Shown here: piece after piece, positions 1 to 10,371 of the stretch | How the letters are laid out: each line of letters begins with the position of its first letter | How positions within the stretch are numbered: the first letter of the stretch is position 1 | IMG/VR virus record: IMGVR_UViG_3300042261_001309 | Location: 32,001-96,000 of that record | Source of the DNA: a virus | DNA: 64,000 bases | Strand: one strand, 5' to 3' | The notes under the pieces: model-generated | Told to the model about the DNA's origin: nothing | Seen by the model: the letters and a program-made list of their open reading frames with translations, nothing else | Database searches by the model: none | Made by a program: the position numbers and the translations under genes

Positions 1-3000
1 GGTGCCTTAAATTTCCGACACATAACCTACAATACCGCCACAGTAGCCTCTGTAGAATGTAGGAGAACAGTTGATGACGCAGTCGGGCAATTAGTATTTA
101 CAACCGCGCCAGGCTCAGCATCCCCAGCTGTTGATAGAATGATTATTACGGCTGACGGCAAAATAGGTATAGGTACCGTCATACCGACTGCAAATTTGCA
201 TGTTTATTCAGGCTCCAATTATGGTTCACCTTCATTGTCAGCTGATACTTACAATTTATTTAAAATTGGAACCGCATTAAGTCCAGAATTAGCATTTGGT
301 AGCTACAGCGCTTCGCCATATGCAATGTGGCTACAAACTAAAACAACTGCCAATAATGGAACATATTGGCCGCTGGCGATTAATCCATTGGGAGGCAACG
401 TTGGGATTGGTACTTCTGCACCATCGGCTCTTTTGCACGTAAACGGGAATACGTATGTCAGCGGTACGTTAACTTTAAGTAATTTAACTGGCCATTTATA
501 CGCAACCAACGGTAGCGTTGGAGTTACTTCAGTTTGGACCGGTAATGCACCTACACCCGCTGCGCACAATATATTAGATTCTACTGTTCATGGCGATACA
601 TTAACAACCGCTGTTGCACGAGGATCTATTATAATTGGCAATAGCACGCCAAAATGGACAGCGCTAGGAATAGGTACTACAGCAGGATACGTATTAAAAA
701 CCAGTGGAACAGATCCATATTGGGCTTTGTTAGATACTAATCATCATTCTCTTCAGGGATTAGGTGACGACGATCATACACAATACGCTTTATTAGCCGG
801 ACGAACAGGTGGGCAAACGCTATACGGTGGCACAGCTGCGGCAGATAAACTAATCCTTCATGGATCCACTGCGGGTACTGGCGCCATATATATTAATCCT
901 GGAAATGCTGGAGTAGTTATCGGTGGTACTGGCTCTGATTCCACCGTAGCTCGTCTATACGTTGTAGCCGACAGTAAAAGCGCTCTCCGCACCGATGCCA
1001 GCTATACGGCAGCACTTGGTGAAACCGTTACCACCACATGTACAGCGTTTGCGAATTATCAAGATATCGTTAATAGCGGTACGATGACAAATTATGTATA
1101 TAATAATTACTCCAGCTTAACGTTAGGTGGAACCGGTAGTTTTGCAAATGCTGTAAATATTTTTGCTTATACAAAATTAACTGGTGGCACAGCTAAAACG
1201 GTTACAGCCTTAACGCAATATTTAAGTCGTATTTATGCAGATGCAACTCCAAATGCGGGAACTATCACTTCGGCTTATCATTTTAAAGCCGACGACGCAA
1301 CCGACAATTTAACAATAACCACCCAATACGGGCTGTACATATCCGCATTAACTAAAGCTTCAACTAATTGGGCAATTTATACTGCGGGCACAACGCCAAG
1401 TTATTTTGGTGGTGCCGTGACCATTGGTGGCGCAATTAGTTCAGGCTCACTTTCCGTTGGTTCGTTGACTGGCGTATTAAAAGCAAGTGCCGGAACAGTA
1501 ACTGCAGGCAGCGTAGCTCTAGGCTCTGAAGTAACTGGAACACTACCTATAACTAATGGTGGCACAGGCCTAGCTACTGTTGCAATTGGTTCTATTTTAG
1601 CCGCTAATTCTGCCGATGCGCTAAGCGCAGTCACTTCTGCTAGTGGAACTAAAATACTTAAGAACGTAAATGGTGCCATTTCTTGGGATACTGTCTCGGG
1701 TATTAGCGGTGTAAGCGGCACAGGTACTACTGGCTATATGGCTCGTTGGACAAATTCAACAACCATTGCTGCTTCATCTGTATTATATGACGATGGTACT
1801 AATGTTGGAATTGGTACGACTTCACCAGTAGAGACACTGACGATTTATAAACCAGCAGGATCAAATTCTAGTCTATCCCTAGGCGATGGTGATGTTGCTC
1901 ACGGCGTTACTTCCCTAGCCAAAACAAACGTATGGCTGCTTGCAAATGAACATACTACCGATAAAGGTGGTGCGCAATTAACAGGCTTTTCAGATGCCCC
2001 AGATAATCCAGCCTTCGAAATAAAAGGCGTAAATACCACCGATCCAGATACAAATATACCGGCTATTACGCTAGATGGTTATAGCGCAAACGGTACCGGC
2101 GTTAAAGCCTTGGCCGCCACAAAAACTGTTTTACAAATTCAAAACAGCGGCTCAGCTTTAATGAGCATTTTAGGTAATGGTAATGTCGGAGTTGGAATAA
2201 CTAATCCAGAAACTAGCTTAGTGGTGGCCGGCCCCACCGTGTATTCCAACCCTACATTTACACACTATCAAAATTTAGCCTATTACAGCTACAGTGGTGC
2301 GCCAACTGAAACAGGTACAAAGATAATTACGCTACCTCAAGGTTGGACCAGCACCATGATGTCGATAACTGTTAAGGGTTACGATTACAGCGGTAATGGC
2401 GGCTGGGAAGCGATCGTAAGTGGCTATAATTATGCTCCTAGCCCAACTTGGATTAATACTTCTGCAGAAATACGAGGAAAAGCACCGTTCACATCCGTAC
2501 GCTTAGGTTATAACACAACTAGCAGTAAAATGGTTCTAATGCTTGGAACCTCTACCACCGTTTGGAATTATCCTAAATTATCTGTCAGTGACTTTTATGC
2601 TGGGCACAGTAACGTAACAGGTTGGGGTACAGGTTGGTCAATTATCAACGATCCCACTGAAACAGGTATTGGATCGGCGTACACTGTTAACGTAACAGCA
2701 CCAATATGGATTGATTCTAACGGGGCCGTAGGTATCGGTACAAGCATTCCGACTAGTCACGCACCAAACCGTAAATCAGTAATTATTTCTGATACGGCTA
2801 ATGACGCGTTACTTGAGATTTGGGGACAAAGTGGGCAAAAATCAATCGTCCAATCCGCCGGTGGAAATACTTACATGGGGGTATTAGCTGGCCCGGGTAA
2901 CTTAAATCTTACCTACGGCCCCAGTGGTAATGTCGGGTTAATCATGCAAAATACCACGGGTAATATAGGTATAAATACTACCGACTTTACCGGGTATAGG

Positions 3001-6000
3001 TTAAACGTAAACGGTAATACAAATATCACTGGTACGCTAACAGCCAGTAGTTTGCTAAGCGCCAGCGCACAGATAGTCTATCCTTACGCTAAAACTGATA
3101 CGACTTTAAGGACGGGCATATCCATTTATAGTAACGATAGCACAAATCAATTTAACGTAGCTATTGCAATGCTTGGCGGTGCGTCTCAATCGGCTAGAAC
3201 CGCAGTAATTCAAACCTCGGAAGCTGGTGTATCTAACACAGGAAACATAGCACTACAAGTCTACGGTGGAAATGTTGGAATTGGAACAGCCGCTCCAACA
3301 GCAAAATTAACAATCGTCGGAAATTCTTTAACTGGGGCAGAGGCTACTTACGGTGGTTACATTAAAATCATTGGCGGAGGAGGAGCCTTAACGTCTACTG
3401 GAGGTATTGAATTTTGCGCAGCTACTAGTGGCGCAGGTTATGGTTTTCGTATAGCCAATCCTGATTTGGGTACCGGAGAATGCCCGTTGTATATAATGAG
3501 CCGTTGCGTAAGTGCTTCTTGGACACTAGCGATGTCTATTCTTGGTTCAAATGGGTTTGTGGGTATTGGCAGTGCCACCCCTACACAAAAATTAGATGTA
3601 GCTGGAAATATTGTGGCTTCCGGTTCTGTTGGTGCTACAACCGTATATCCAATTGCGGATAATTCCTATACTTCAGGCTCAAGCTATGCACGCTGGTCAA
3701 CGGTTTATGGTGTAAATGCAGACTTCAGTGGCAGCTTAACGGTTAAAGGCCTTTATAATACCTCAGATTATACTGAACGAGTATTTCAAAGCGCGGCAGC
3801 ATTTGTGAATGGCGAAGCCGACAAGGCTGTAGATATACGGCTATCAAATTCAATCTGGGGATGGATTGAGCTGGAAGTGACAGGCTCATATTATATCGAT
3901 AATACAACTGGTAAATTAACAAAGATATTTGCTTTTGGTGGTAACGACGGAGCACTGTATTTACAGAATACGCGTGTTAGTGATGCAATGGGGTATATCT
4001 CCAGCCATATAACAATAGGTGACATTGTTTGGGATGGTGCAGTAAGTAAATGGAAAATAACCGTATATCACACTTCTACTTACGGCAATACTTACACATT
4101 CAAATTAAGGTCATTTAGTCATGGCGGTGCTGCGTCATTATTATCCGGTGCGGCAGTTTCTGCGATATACACGGCTGCGTCACCACTAACAAGGCAATAT
4201 ACCTATTATAACGATCGTTTAGGCGTCGGTACCTCAACCCCAGCTGAAGTATTAGACGTAAACGGAAATATCGCGTTACCTGGAGCTACCAATTATTTAA
4301 CTTTTGGTGGCGGGGCCGGAGGCAGTAGAAGATTGAAGCTATATGAAACTTCGGTTATTCATGCTGGATTAGGAATCGACTTAGCTGGTGGCCCATACGA
4401 ATTAAGTATATACGGCATGGCCGGTGATGCAGGGCAAGGAAGGATAAGTTTTGGTTTTGCAGCAAATGCCAATCCCGGAACATACAGCGAAAAAGTAAGT
4501 TTCTTGAATAGTGGTAATGTTGGGATCGGTATAACTAATCCAACCGGTAAATTGCAGGTATCAATGCCAGGTATGGCTGCGTCATTAACCTATACGCAAC
4601 CAGGGTTATTGCAATTAACTGATACTACAGGCCCAACGGAACTAGTATTTACTGTCGACGGTGTTGGACCTTACGCCGCAGCATTACAACACAGGCACGC
4701 CACATTGTCCGGTTACAGTTATCCAATAACAATTAATCCATTAGGCGGCAATGTTGGTATTGGTACTATAGCACCTTCTGAATTATTGCACGTAAACGGC
4801 AATATCTTAGCAACACGAATTAACTTCAGCGCTGGCGGAGCTATAGCGGGCACAGCTAACGGCCCAGCCATTTATTCTCAAGACGGCTCACTCGCAGGTA
4901 GGTTTTATAACGGTAACAATTATTTAAATGGCGCTCTCGTTATCCGTAGTGATGCTGATGTGCAAAACATGATTGTTACAGACACAGGCTACGTAGGCAT
5001 AGGTACGGCGTCACCGACAACAAAACTTGAGTCTAGCGCCGTATACGGCGATCCGGCGACTTCTGGCTCGAGTCCAAACGGTATGCTGGCACTGACAACG
5101 GCAAGTGCGTATCGGGGCATATATTTAGGAATATCGAGTAACGCCACCGCGAATTATCCTGGTTGGCTACAAGTATCAGATTGGAATGATTTATCTCAAA
5201 CTAGAAATTTCATTTTAAATCCTCGCGGTGGATACGTAGGTATTGGAACCGTAGATCCAACCGCAAAATTACATGTATATGGCGGCGGTGTTAATGTAGG
5301 CGGTTCCGTAACAAGCACAGGAGCCTCAATTAACGGGCTAACCGTCAGTCAAATTGTTCGTCCTGCAAGCGACAACACTTATACATTAGGCACCATCGGT
5401 TATCGTTGGAGTACTATTTACGGGGTAGATTGCGCGTTATCTGACGAGTTATCCGTTCAAGGGCGTATTTGGGGTACTGATTGTACATTTAGCGGAACCG
5501 TAACCAGCGCTAACTTAATCGGTGTAGCTAATGAAAATGTAGATTCTTCTTCCTATTGTTTAGGTGACATATCTTCTACCGAATGGACGTACGAGTATAA
5601 AGCTTTAGGTTATGGTGCAGATGTACAATCCAACTACACCGTTGATCCTACCTACGGAAAAGTAAATTGGCTTAACTATAATGGAGCGGCCGGGAATTAC
5701 GGGGTACTGTCTTATCGCATTTGCACTCCTGCGGCGGTAAGTAGTATTACATTTTCAGTTCCTGCAAAATTGGCACTGGGTGTATCTACAGCTATCGCAG
5801 TTGCCATTTATAATAGTGCGGCAAATACTGTGTTAGCTTCCACGGCCTATACGCTTACCAGTAATTGGCAAAATTGCACAGTTACCTATAACAGCCCCAG
5901 TGCAAATACAGAATATATTGTAGTTATTAACTGCAATAACGTAAGTGGCGCCAGTGTACAAGCTCAAGCGTTAGTTGGAAAAGCTACGTGCACAATGGCA

Positions 6001-8283
6001 GGTACTAACAACGGCATAACAGAAAGCAGTTACACTCGGCTTACAGTTACCAATGACGCATTGGAAGATGACCTTTGGAATATCCAATCCACTAGAGTAA
6101 ATATCGCTTCACCGTTCTCAAGATACGTCATCGATACCGACGCCACTACGTTAATGGTTGAAATGGTATCAACCATGCGTGCGGCAATTTCGAGTCTGGC
6201 ACATATTGCGTATAAGGTAAACGGAGAAGCTGCAGGCGTAATAGCAGCGACCACTAACGGCTTAGTAGAACAGCATGTAATTACGTTACCGGCTGGGCAT
6301 AAACGAGTAGAATTTATTAATGGTCCAACTTCAAAGCCCAGTGCAACTATTTTAGGTACTTGGCTACGCGCAATATTTGTACCCGGCACGGCCAGAGTGG
6401 CTACTGTAAAAAGTAAGGTAAACGATTGCAGAATAGCAATCTATGGTGACAGTATTTGCGTTGGTAATAGTGATACAAGTGCCGCACTTCAAGCTTGGCC
6501 GGTTCAACTACGTGAACGTAACGTAGGCAGCGTAGCTGTAGATGCTTACGGATGGCGTAATCTATGGGATGACAAAAACGATTCCGCCGGTTGGTATGTA
6601 CCACTAGCTAGATCAATTAATCGCTTTAAACCTACTCATATTTGGTTAGCTATCGGAACAAACGACTATGGGCTGTATAAACAAAATGCTGCAAGTTTCC
6701 GTAAAACTTACGATGCCTTGCTTGATTTATTACACGCTCAAAATCCTCAAGCAAAAATATTCTGTCAGTCGCCGATAACTCGAACAGATTCTCCTTCTCC
6801 TACGTACGAAGTAATCGCAAACTATAGAACAGCCGTATCGGCAAGCGCTACAGCCCGACCGGATTTTGCGCATTTCGTGGACGGTACCGCAATTATTGCA
6901 TCTGGAGATTTAGCAGACGGCGTGCATCCAACCACAGCGGGTGATTATAAATTTGCACAGTACGTAGAAAACTTTATTCGTACTTATCGGGATAATAACA
7001 CCTTTAATACAGTTCAAACCCTTAGCGCACTTATACCTACGCAGGTAGGCCAGACTATTTATGGCGCACCCAGCCAAACGGCAGATTTATTCCAAGTTGG
7101 CAATAACGCATCAGACAGTACGCTAAGCATTTATTCTGTATTCGATAGTGCGGGTAAACTCGGTGTTGGTTGCAATACGCCAAAACAAAAATTGCAAATC
7201 GGCAATAACTGGACCGGCAGCTACGATTCAAGTAGAAGCGTATTAGTAAATCCAGCTGGGACACAAAATGTAATACCCAGCGTTAATATTTCTGACATTG
7301 CCAGTACGAATACCACGGCTTATATCAAAGCAATCGGGTTAAATATCCATAACGACGATATTACCACTACCGGTACCCGTGTTCCTGCCCTAGCTTTTTC
7401 AAGAAGGGCTAATGCAACGTATACTGATGTATTAGGAGCTATTGATGCAATAGATATCGGTTCAGGCCAAGATGCCAATTGGAGAGCTGGTGCGCTAACA
7501 TTTCATACAGCTGAGGAAGCAGGCACCGGCATAATCGAAAGAATGCGAATAAATGGAACAGGCCTAGGTATCGGTACAACTACACCTGGCGCCAAATTGG
7601 ACGTGGTTGGCAGCATACAAGCAACTGGTATCGTACATGCAGGTTCAACTTCAGGATTTGCTAATTCAACCTATGCTGTAAATTCCAGAAATCCGATTTG
7701 GAGATTTGCTAACGCGTCAACTTACGGCTTAAGTTATTTCCAAGGCTCAGCTGGATTAGATGGCGCAAACGATACGATTGGTATTCATTTTGGAACAGCT
7801 ACAGCGGCTGGCTCACAATACCAATTTAATTTATCCGGTGCGTTTACGTTAGGCGGTAAAATAGGTATTGGCGTAACTAATCCATCCAGTAAATTATCGT
7901 TTGGTAATGCCTCAGCCAGTGCCTTGCAACGTATAGCCTTATACGAAACTTCAACCAGTACGTATTTTTATGGTATTGGTATGGCTAATCCGGCCACCGA
8001 TATTTATGGATTAGGCTTATGGTCTAGTACCGATACTGCAGTGGTATCCGACACCAACATGCAGGTGTTTATAAAAAATAATGGCAACATCGGTATTGGT
8101 ACATATTCAGCTGATGCAAAATTACATATTCGTGGAACCGCTTCAACAAACGCATTTAAATTCGATACCTTGGCAACAGCCACTGGTACAAAGACGTTGC
8201 AGGGTTATATCACCGTAAGTTTGGTTGGGTCTGGAAATTCGAATTTAGCTAACGGAACTTATTATATTCCATTGTATCAATAA
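1..8283 (+). CDS. Giant modular tail fibre/tail spike-like protein with internal SGNH/GDSL esterase domain (5' truncated)
   Basis: Frame is open from base 1 (GALNFRHITY...), so the gene starts before the window. Gly/Thr/Ser-rich with many GNVGIGT-type repeats. SGNH blocks GDS (6445-6453), GTND (6655-6666) and DGVHP (6916-6930). Confidence 0.8.
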   Translation, partial: GALNFRHITYNTATVASVECRRTVDDAVGQLVFTTAPGSASPAVDRMIITADGKIGIGTVIPTANLHVYSGSNYGSPSLSADTYNLFKIGTALSPELAFGSYSASPYAMWLQTKTTANNGTYWPLAINPLGGNVGIGTSAPSALLHVNGNTYVSGTLTLSNLTGHLYATNGSVGVTSVWTGNAPTPAAHNILDSTVHGDTLTTAVARGSIIIGNSTPKWTALGIGTTAGYVLKTSGTDPYWALLDTNHHSLQGLGDDDHTQYALLAGRTGGQTLYGGTAAADKLILHGSTAGTGAIYINPGNAGVVIGGTGSDSTVARLYVVADSKSALRTDASYTAALGETVTTTCTAFANYQDIVNSGTMTNYVYNNYSSLTLGGTGSFANAVNIFAYTKLTGGTAKTVTALTQYLSRIYADATPNAGTITSAYHFKADDATDNLTITTQYGLYISALTKASTNWAIYTAGTTPSYFGGAVTIGGAISSGSLSVGSLTGVLKASAGTVTAGSVALGSEVTGTLPITNGGTGLATVAIGSILAANSADALSAVTSASGTKILKNVNGAISWDTVSGISGVSGTGTTGYMARWTNSTTIAASSVLYDDGTNVGIGTTSPVETLTIYKPAGSNSSLSLGDGDVAHGVTSLAKTNVWLLANEHTTDKGGAQLTGFSDAPDNPAFEIKGVNTTDPDTNIPAITLDGYSANGTGVKALAATKTVLQIQNSGSALMSILGNGNVGVGITNPETSLVVAGPTVYSNPTFTHYQNLAYYSYSGAPTETGTKIITLPQGWTSTMMSITVKGYDYSGNGGWEAIVSGYNYAPSPTWINTSAEIRGKAPFTSVRLGYNTTSSKMVLMLGTSTTVWNYPKLSVSDFYAGHSNVTGWGTGWSIINDPTETGIGSAYTVNVTAPIWIDSNGAVGIGTSIPTSHAPNRKSVIISDTANDALLEIWGQSGQKSIVQSAGGNTYMGVLAGPGNLNLTYGPSGNVGLIMQNTTGNIGINTTDFTGYRLNVNGNTNITGTLTASSLLSASAQIVYPYAKTDTTLRTGISIYSNDSTNQFNVAIAMLGGASQSARTAVIQTSEAGVSNTGNIALQVYGGNVGIGTAAPTAKLTIVGNSLTGAEATYGGYIKIIGGGGALTSTGGIEFCAATSGAGYGFRIANPDLGTGECPLYIMSRCVSASWTLAMSILGSNGFVGIGSATPTQKLDVAGNIVASGSVGATTVYPIADNSYTSGSSYARWSTVYGVNADFSGSLTVKGLYNTSDYTERVFQSAAAFVNGEADKAVDIRLSNSIWGWIELEVTGSYYIDNTTGKLTKIFAFGGNDGALYLQNTRVSDAMGYISSHITIGDIVWDGAVSKWKITVYHTSTYGNTYTFKLRSFSHGGAASLLSGAAVSAIYTAASPLTRQYTYYNDRLGVGTSTPAEVLDVNGNIALPGATNYLTFGGGAGGSRRLKLYETSVIHAGLGIDLAGGPYELSIYGMAGDAGQGRISFGFAANANPGTYSEKVSFLNSGNVGIGITNPTGKLQVSMPGMAASLTYTQPGLLQLTDTTGPTELVFTVDGVGPYAAALQHRHATLSGYSYPITINPLGGNVGIGTIAPSELLHVNGNILATRINFSAGGAIAGTANGPAIYSQDGSLAGRFYNGNNYLNGALVIRSDADVQNMIVTDTGYVGIGTASPTTKLESSAVYGDPATSGSSPNGMLALTTASAYRGIYLGISSNATANYPGWLQVSDWNDLSQTRNFILNPRGGYVGIGTVDPTAKLHVYGGGVNVGGSVTSTGASINGLTVSQIVRPASDNTYTLGTIGYRWSTIYGVDCALSDELSVQGRIWGTDCTFSGTVTSANLIGVANENVDSSSYCLGDISSTEWTYEYKALGYGADVQSNYTVDPTYGKVNWLNYNGAAGNYGVLSYRICTPAAVSSITFSVPAKLALGVSTAIAVAIYNSAANTVLASTAYTLTSNWQNCTVTYNSPSANTEYIVVINCNNVSGASVQAQALVGKATCTMAGTNNGITESSYTRLTVTNDALEDDLWNIQSTRVNIASPFSRYVIDTDATTLMVEMVSTMRAAISSLAHIAYKVNGEAAGVIAATTNGLVEQHVITLPAGHKRVEFINGPTSKPSATILGTWLRAIFVPGTARVATVKSKVNDCRIAIYGDSICVGNSDTSAALQAWPVQLRERNVGSVAVDAYGWRNLWDDKNDSAGWYVPLARSINRFKPTHIWLAIGTNDYGLYKQNAASFRKTYDALLDLLHAQNPQAKIFCQSPITRTDSPSPTYEVIANYRTAVSASATARPDFAHFVDGTAIIASGDLADGVHPTTAGDYKFAQYVENFIRTYRDNNTFNTVQTLSALIPTQVGQTIYGAPSQTADLFQVGNNASDSTLSIYSVFDSAGKLGVGCNTPKQKLQIGNNWTGSYDSSRSVLVNPAGTQNVIPSVNISDIASTNTTAYIKAIGLNIHNDDITTTGTRVPALAFSRRANATYTDVLGAIDAIDIGSGQDANWRAGALTFHTAEEAGTGIIERMRINGTGLGIGTTTPGAKLDVVGSIQATGIVHAGSTSGFANSTYAVNSRNPIWRFANASTYGLSYFQGSAGLDGANDTIGIHFGTATAAGSQYQFNLSGAFTLGGKIGIGVTNPSSKLSFGNASASALQRIALYETSTSTYFYGIGMANPATDIYGLGLWSSTDTAVVSDTNMQVFIKNNGNIGIGTYSADAKLHIRGTASTNAFKFDTLATATGTKTLQGYITVSLVGSGNSNLANGTYYIPLYQ

Positions 8284-8298
8284 ATTAAAATAGCCTAC

Positions 8299-8327
8299 TT
8301 GACACGCTAAGGCGTATCGAATATATT
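8299..8327 (+). promoter_or_regulatory. Sigma70-type promoter
   Basis: TTGACA (8299-8304), 17-nt spacer, TATATT (8322-8327), with ATG at 8338. Confidence 0.7.
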
Positions 8328-8337
8328 GAACGGACAT

Positions 8338-8751
8338 ATGAGCAAAATACAATTAACACCAAATCAAGTACTGGCCACTATCAACGCGATCGTCAAGCTG
8401 GAAGGTGCACCTTCTGGCGATCCTAAAGAGGCGCCAGTCTCTAAATACAACTTCAAGGCCAAGGTCCTATATGGCTTGGCTAAGAATTATAATACGCTGA
8501 AGCGCTTGGTAGAAGATATTGAATCTACCCGGCAGAAGACACTGAAGAAATATCAAACTGAAGGGGAAGCTAATCTCGGAGAAGCCCAGGCGGCTAAATT
8601 CTCTGCTGATTTTTCTGACTTCCTTAATACGCCGCTGGATGTCGATCTGCACCAAGTGGACATCAACGAAATTGATTTGGACCTGAACCAAATTCCAATT
8701 TCAGTATTGGCCGACTTGGCCGGTCGAGTATTTACCGGTGATCTGAAGTAA
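8338..8751 (+). CDS. Hypothetical phage protein (helical)
   Basis: ORF-track ORF 8326..8751; ATG at 8338 is preferred because the TTG start overlaps the -10 box. Confidence 0.7.
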   Translation: MSKIQLTPNQVLATINAIVKLEGAPSGDPKEAPVSKYNFKAKVLYGLAKNYNTLKRLVEDIESTRQKTLKKYQTEGEANLGEAQAAKFSADFSDFLNTPLDVDLHQVDINEIDLDLNQIPISVLADLAGRVFTGDLK

Positions 8752-8756
8752 GCTAA

Positions 8757-9026
8757 TTAATCGTCATCATCGTCACACGAGGAAGAATCCGTATCTTCCT
8801 CGTTGTCGTTTAGATCTAGCACATCTTCTTCCCTTAACGATTGCTGCATCTGGCCACTGACAATATCCGCAAAATTAACCAAGCCCATATAATCAGCAAC
8901 ACCATCTGTCTTATGATAAACTTCAAACTCTCGTTTATCGTTGATTACGATAAGCAAAAACCCGTTAGTAAACTCGTTAAGCTGACTCAAAAGAGACTCA
9001 GGTATCTGAAACGATTTTTTAGCCAT
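8757..9026 (-). CDS. Hypothetical protein with acidic C-terminal tail
   Basis: 89-aa ATG ORF, convergent with the previous gene. Confidence 0.7.
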   Translation of the reverse strand: MAKKSFQIPESLLSQLNEFTNGFLLIVINDKREFEVYHKTDGVADYMGLVNFADIVSGQMQQSLREEDVLDLNDNEEDTDSSSCDDDDD

Positions 9027-9060
9027 ATCATCAGTGTAACACTTATCATTCCTAATAGCT

Positions 9061-9085
9061 AAAAAAAAGGGGCCAAGACCCCTTT
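9061..9085 (-). terminator. Intrinsic terminator
   Basis: Minus strand GGGG-tcttgg-CCCC followed by T8, directly after the stop of ORF 9093..9224. Confidence 0.6.
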
Positions 9086-9092
9086 AATTTTT

Positions 9093-9224
9093 TCACTCTT
9101 TTTTATCTGCCGAGATAATTGACACGGCAGCCATACCAGCCACCACCACTAACACGACTGGCAGATTTTCGATCACCACACACACAGCGACCACACCAGC
9201 GACTAACGAGAGAACATCAGACAT
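9093..9224 (-). CDS. Small hydrophobic membrane peptide, 43 aa (not in ORF track)
   Basis: MSDVLSLVAGVVAVCVVIENLPVVLVVVAGMAAVSIISADKKE; GAAAGG upstream and a terminator immediately downstream. Confidence 0.55.
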   Translation of the reverse strand: MSDVLSLVAGVVAVCVVIENLPVVLVVVAGMAAVSIISADKKE

Positions 9225-9605
9225 ATGCGTACAAACCTTTCTTTTTTACTGGGTATTATGTATACCAAGTTTCATCCGACTGAACGAAGCAAAGGTATAC
9301 GAATTTATTTTCAAGCAACAGAAACACCGTTGCTTGATCTTTTTTTAAAACGCTTTGGAGGTATTGCGTACAAGCATAAGACTTATACGCTATACGAAAT
9401 ACTCTCCGAGAAAGATCTACGCCACTTTCGCAGTATCGTGATTAAATCACGAATTCCTATGCTGCAACCGTGGCGTGTGTTTTTAGATTACTACGCACCG
9501 TTACCAAAACGATTGCGAGGTAAAAATCGGCGAATTCTTAAGTTGTACAAAGAAGAACGCGCAATATACAACTTAACTACAAATTACTGTCATTCTTCCA
9601 ACTGA
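9225..9605 (+). CDS. Hypothetical basic protein, possibly a degenerate LAGLIDADG-fold DNA-binding protein
   Basis: LSFLLGI..., LLDLFLKRFGG and YxYEIxSxKDL resemble single-motif LAGLIDADG proteins, but the acidic catalytic residue is missing. Confidence 0.4.
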   Translation: MRTNLSFLLGIMYTKFHPTERSKGIRIYFQATETPLLDLFLKRFGGIAYKHKTYTLYEILSEKDLRHFRSIVIKSRIPMLQPWRVFLDYYAPLPKRLRGKNRRILKLYKEERAIYNLTTNYCHSSN

Positions 9606-10300
9606 TCGGCAATTTCGTTGCCGGTGCAGTTTAAGACATCGATACGCTCCAATGTGGGCGTGAAGTGCAACGAAGGTCCCACGCACCAGCCGAAAAACTC
9701 TGTTTTACCTTCAGCGATCTCCAAGATGAAGGTCAATTCGTTTGTTCTCGGTAGGACGTCCGAGCTGCACATAATTGGTAAACCGTCAACCACGGTTACT
9801 TTAATAGATTCCAACCGCCGAGAAATAACGTCCGGAATTCCTTTGCAGGCGTTTGCCCACCAAGCGTTCCAACTTATACTTCCTGCATAACCACACCACT
9901 CTCTAGGGATGGCCATGGAATACAGCCGAAATGTCAGTGCGCCTACTTTATGATGTGCCACCCCGTAACAATAATTCAATTTTAGCAAAAAGTTTAAAAA
10001 CTCTTTCGCTTCTGAAAACCCATTAGTATGCAGAGGTTTTCCGGAATTCCCTGCAGGACACAATATCCCCGACATGGGGATTTCTATTCCTGCCTTGTCT
10101 TCCTTCAGCGAGGCGGCGAGAACCACCTCGTTAAAAGGATACTTAATATGCGCCGGCGCCGCTTGCCGCCGATTACGATTAATTGTAACTTGCTTGTTTG
10201 AAACAATTTTAGGATCACCTTCTGGTGATCCGTCCGGCTTGACAATCGCACTGCTCTGCATCATTGTATTTTTCATATTTTTTTTTAGGTATTTCACCAA
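9590..10300 (-). CDS. Hypothetical protein
   Basis: 236-aa ORF; true start may be a downstream ATG. Confidence 0.6.
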   Translation of the reverse strand: MVKYLKKNMKNTMMQSSAIVKPDGSPEGDPKIVSNKQVTINRNRRQAAPAHIKYPFNEVVLAASLKEDKAGIEIPMSGILCPAGNSGKPLHTNGFSEAKEFLNFLLKLNYCYGVAHHKVGALTFRLYSMAIPREWCGYAGSISWNAWWANACKGIPDVISRRLESIKVTVVDGLPIMCSSDVLPRTNELTFILEIAEGKTEFFGWCVGPSLHFTPTLERIDVLNCTGNEIADQLEE

Positions 10301-10371
10301 CTATTTATCTATTGGCTAAAAAAATGAGGTAGCGATCCTCATTTCGAAGTAGGTAATTTCTACTTCATATA

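Noticed and set aside
303-7264. Short opposite-strand or off-frame ORFs inside the giant fibre gene, and similar shadow ORFs across the window
   Set aside because: They are fully nested in long motif-bearing genes and have no recognisable motifs of their own.
9119-9147. TTGACA at 9119 as a promoter for 9225..9605
   Set aside because: There is no -10 element at a 16-18 nt spacing.
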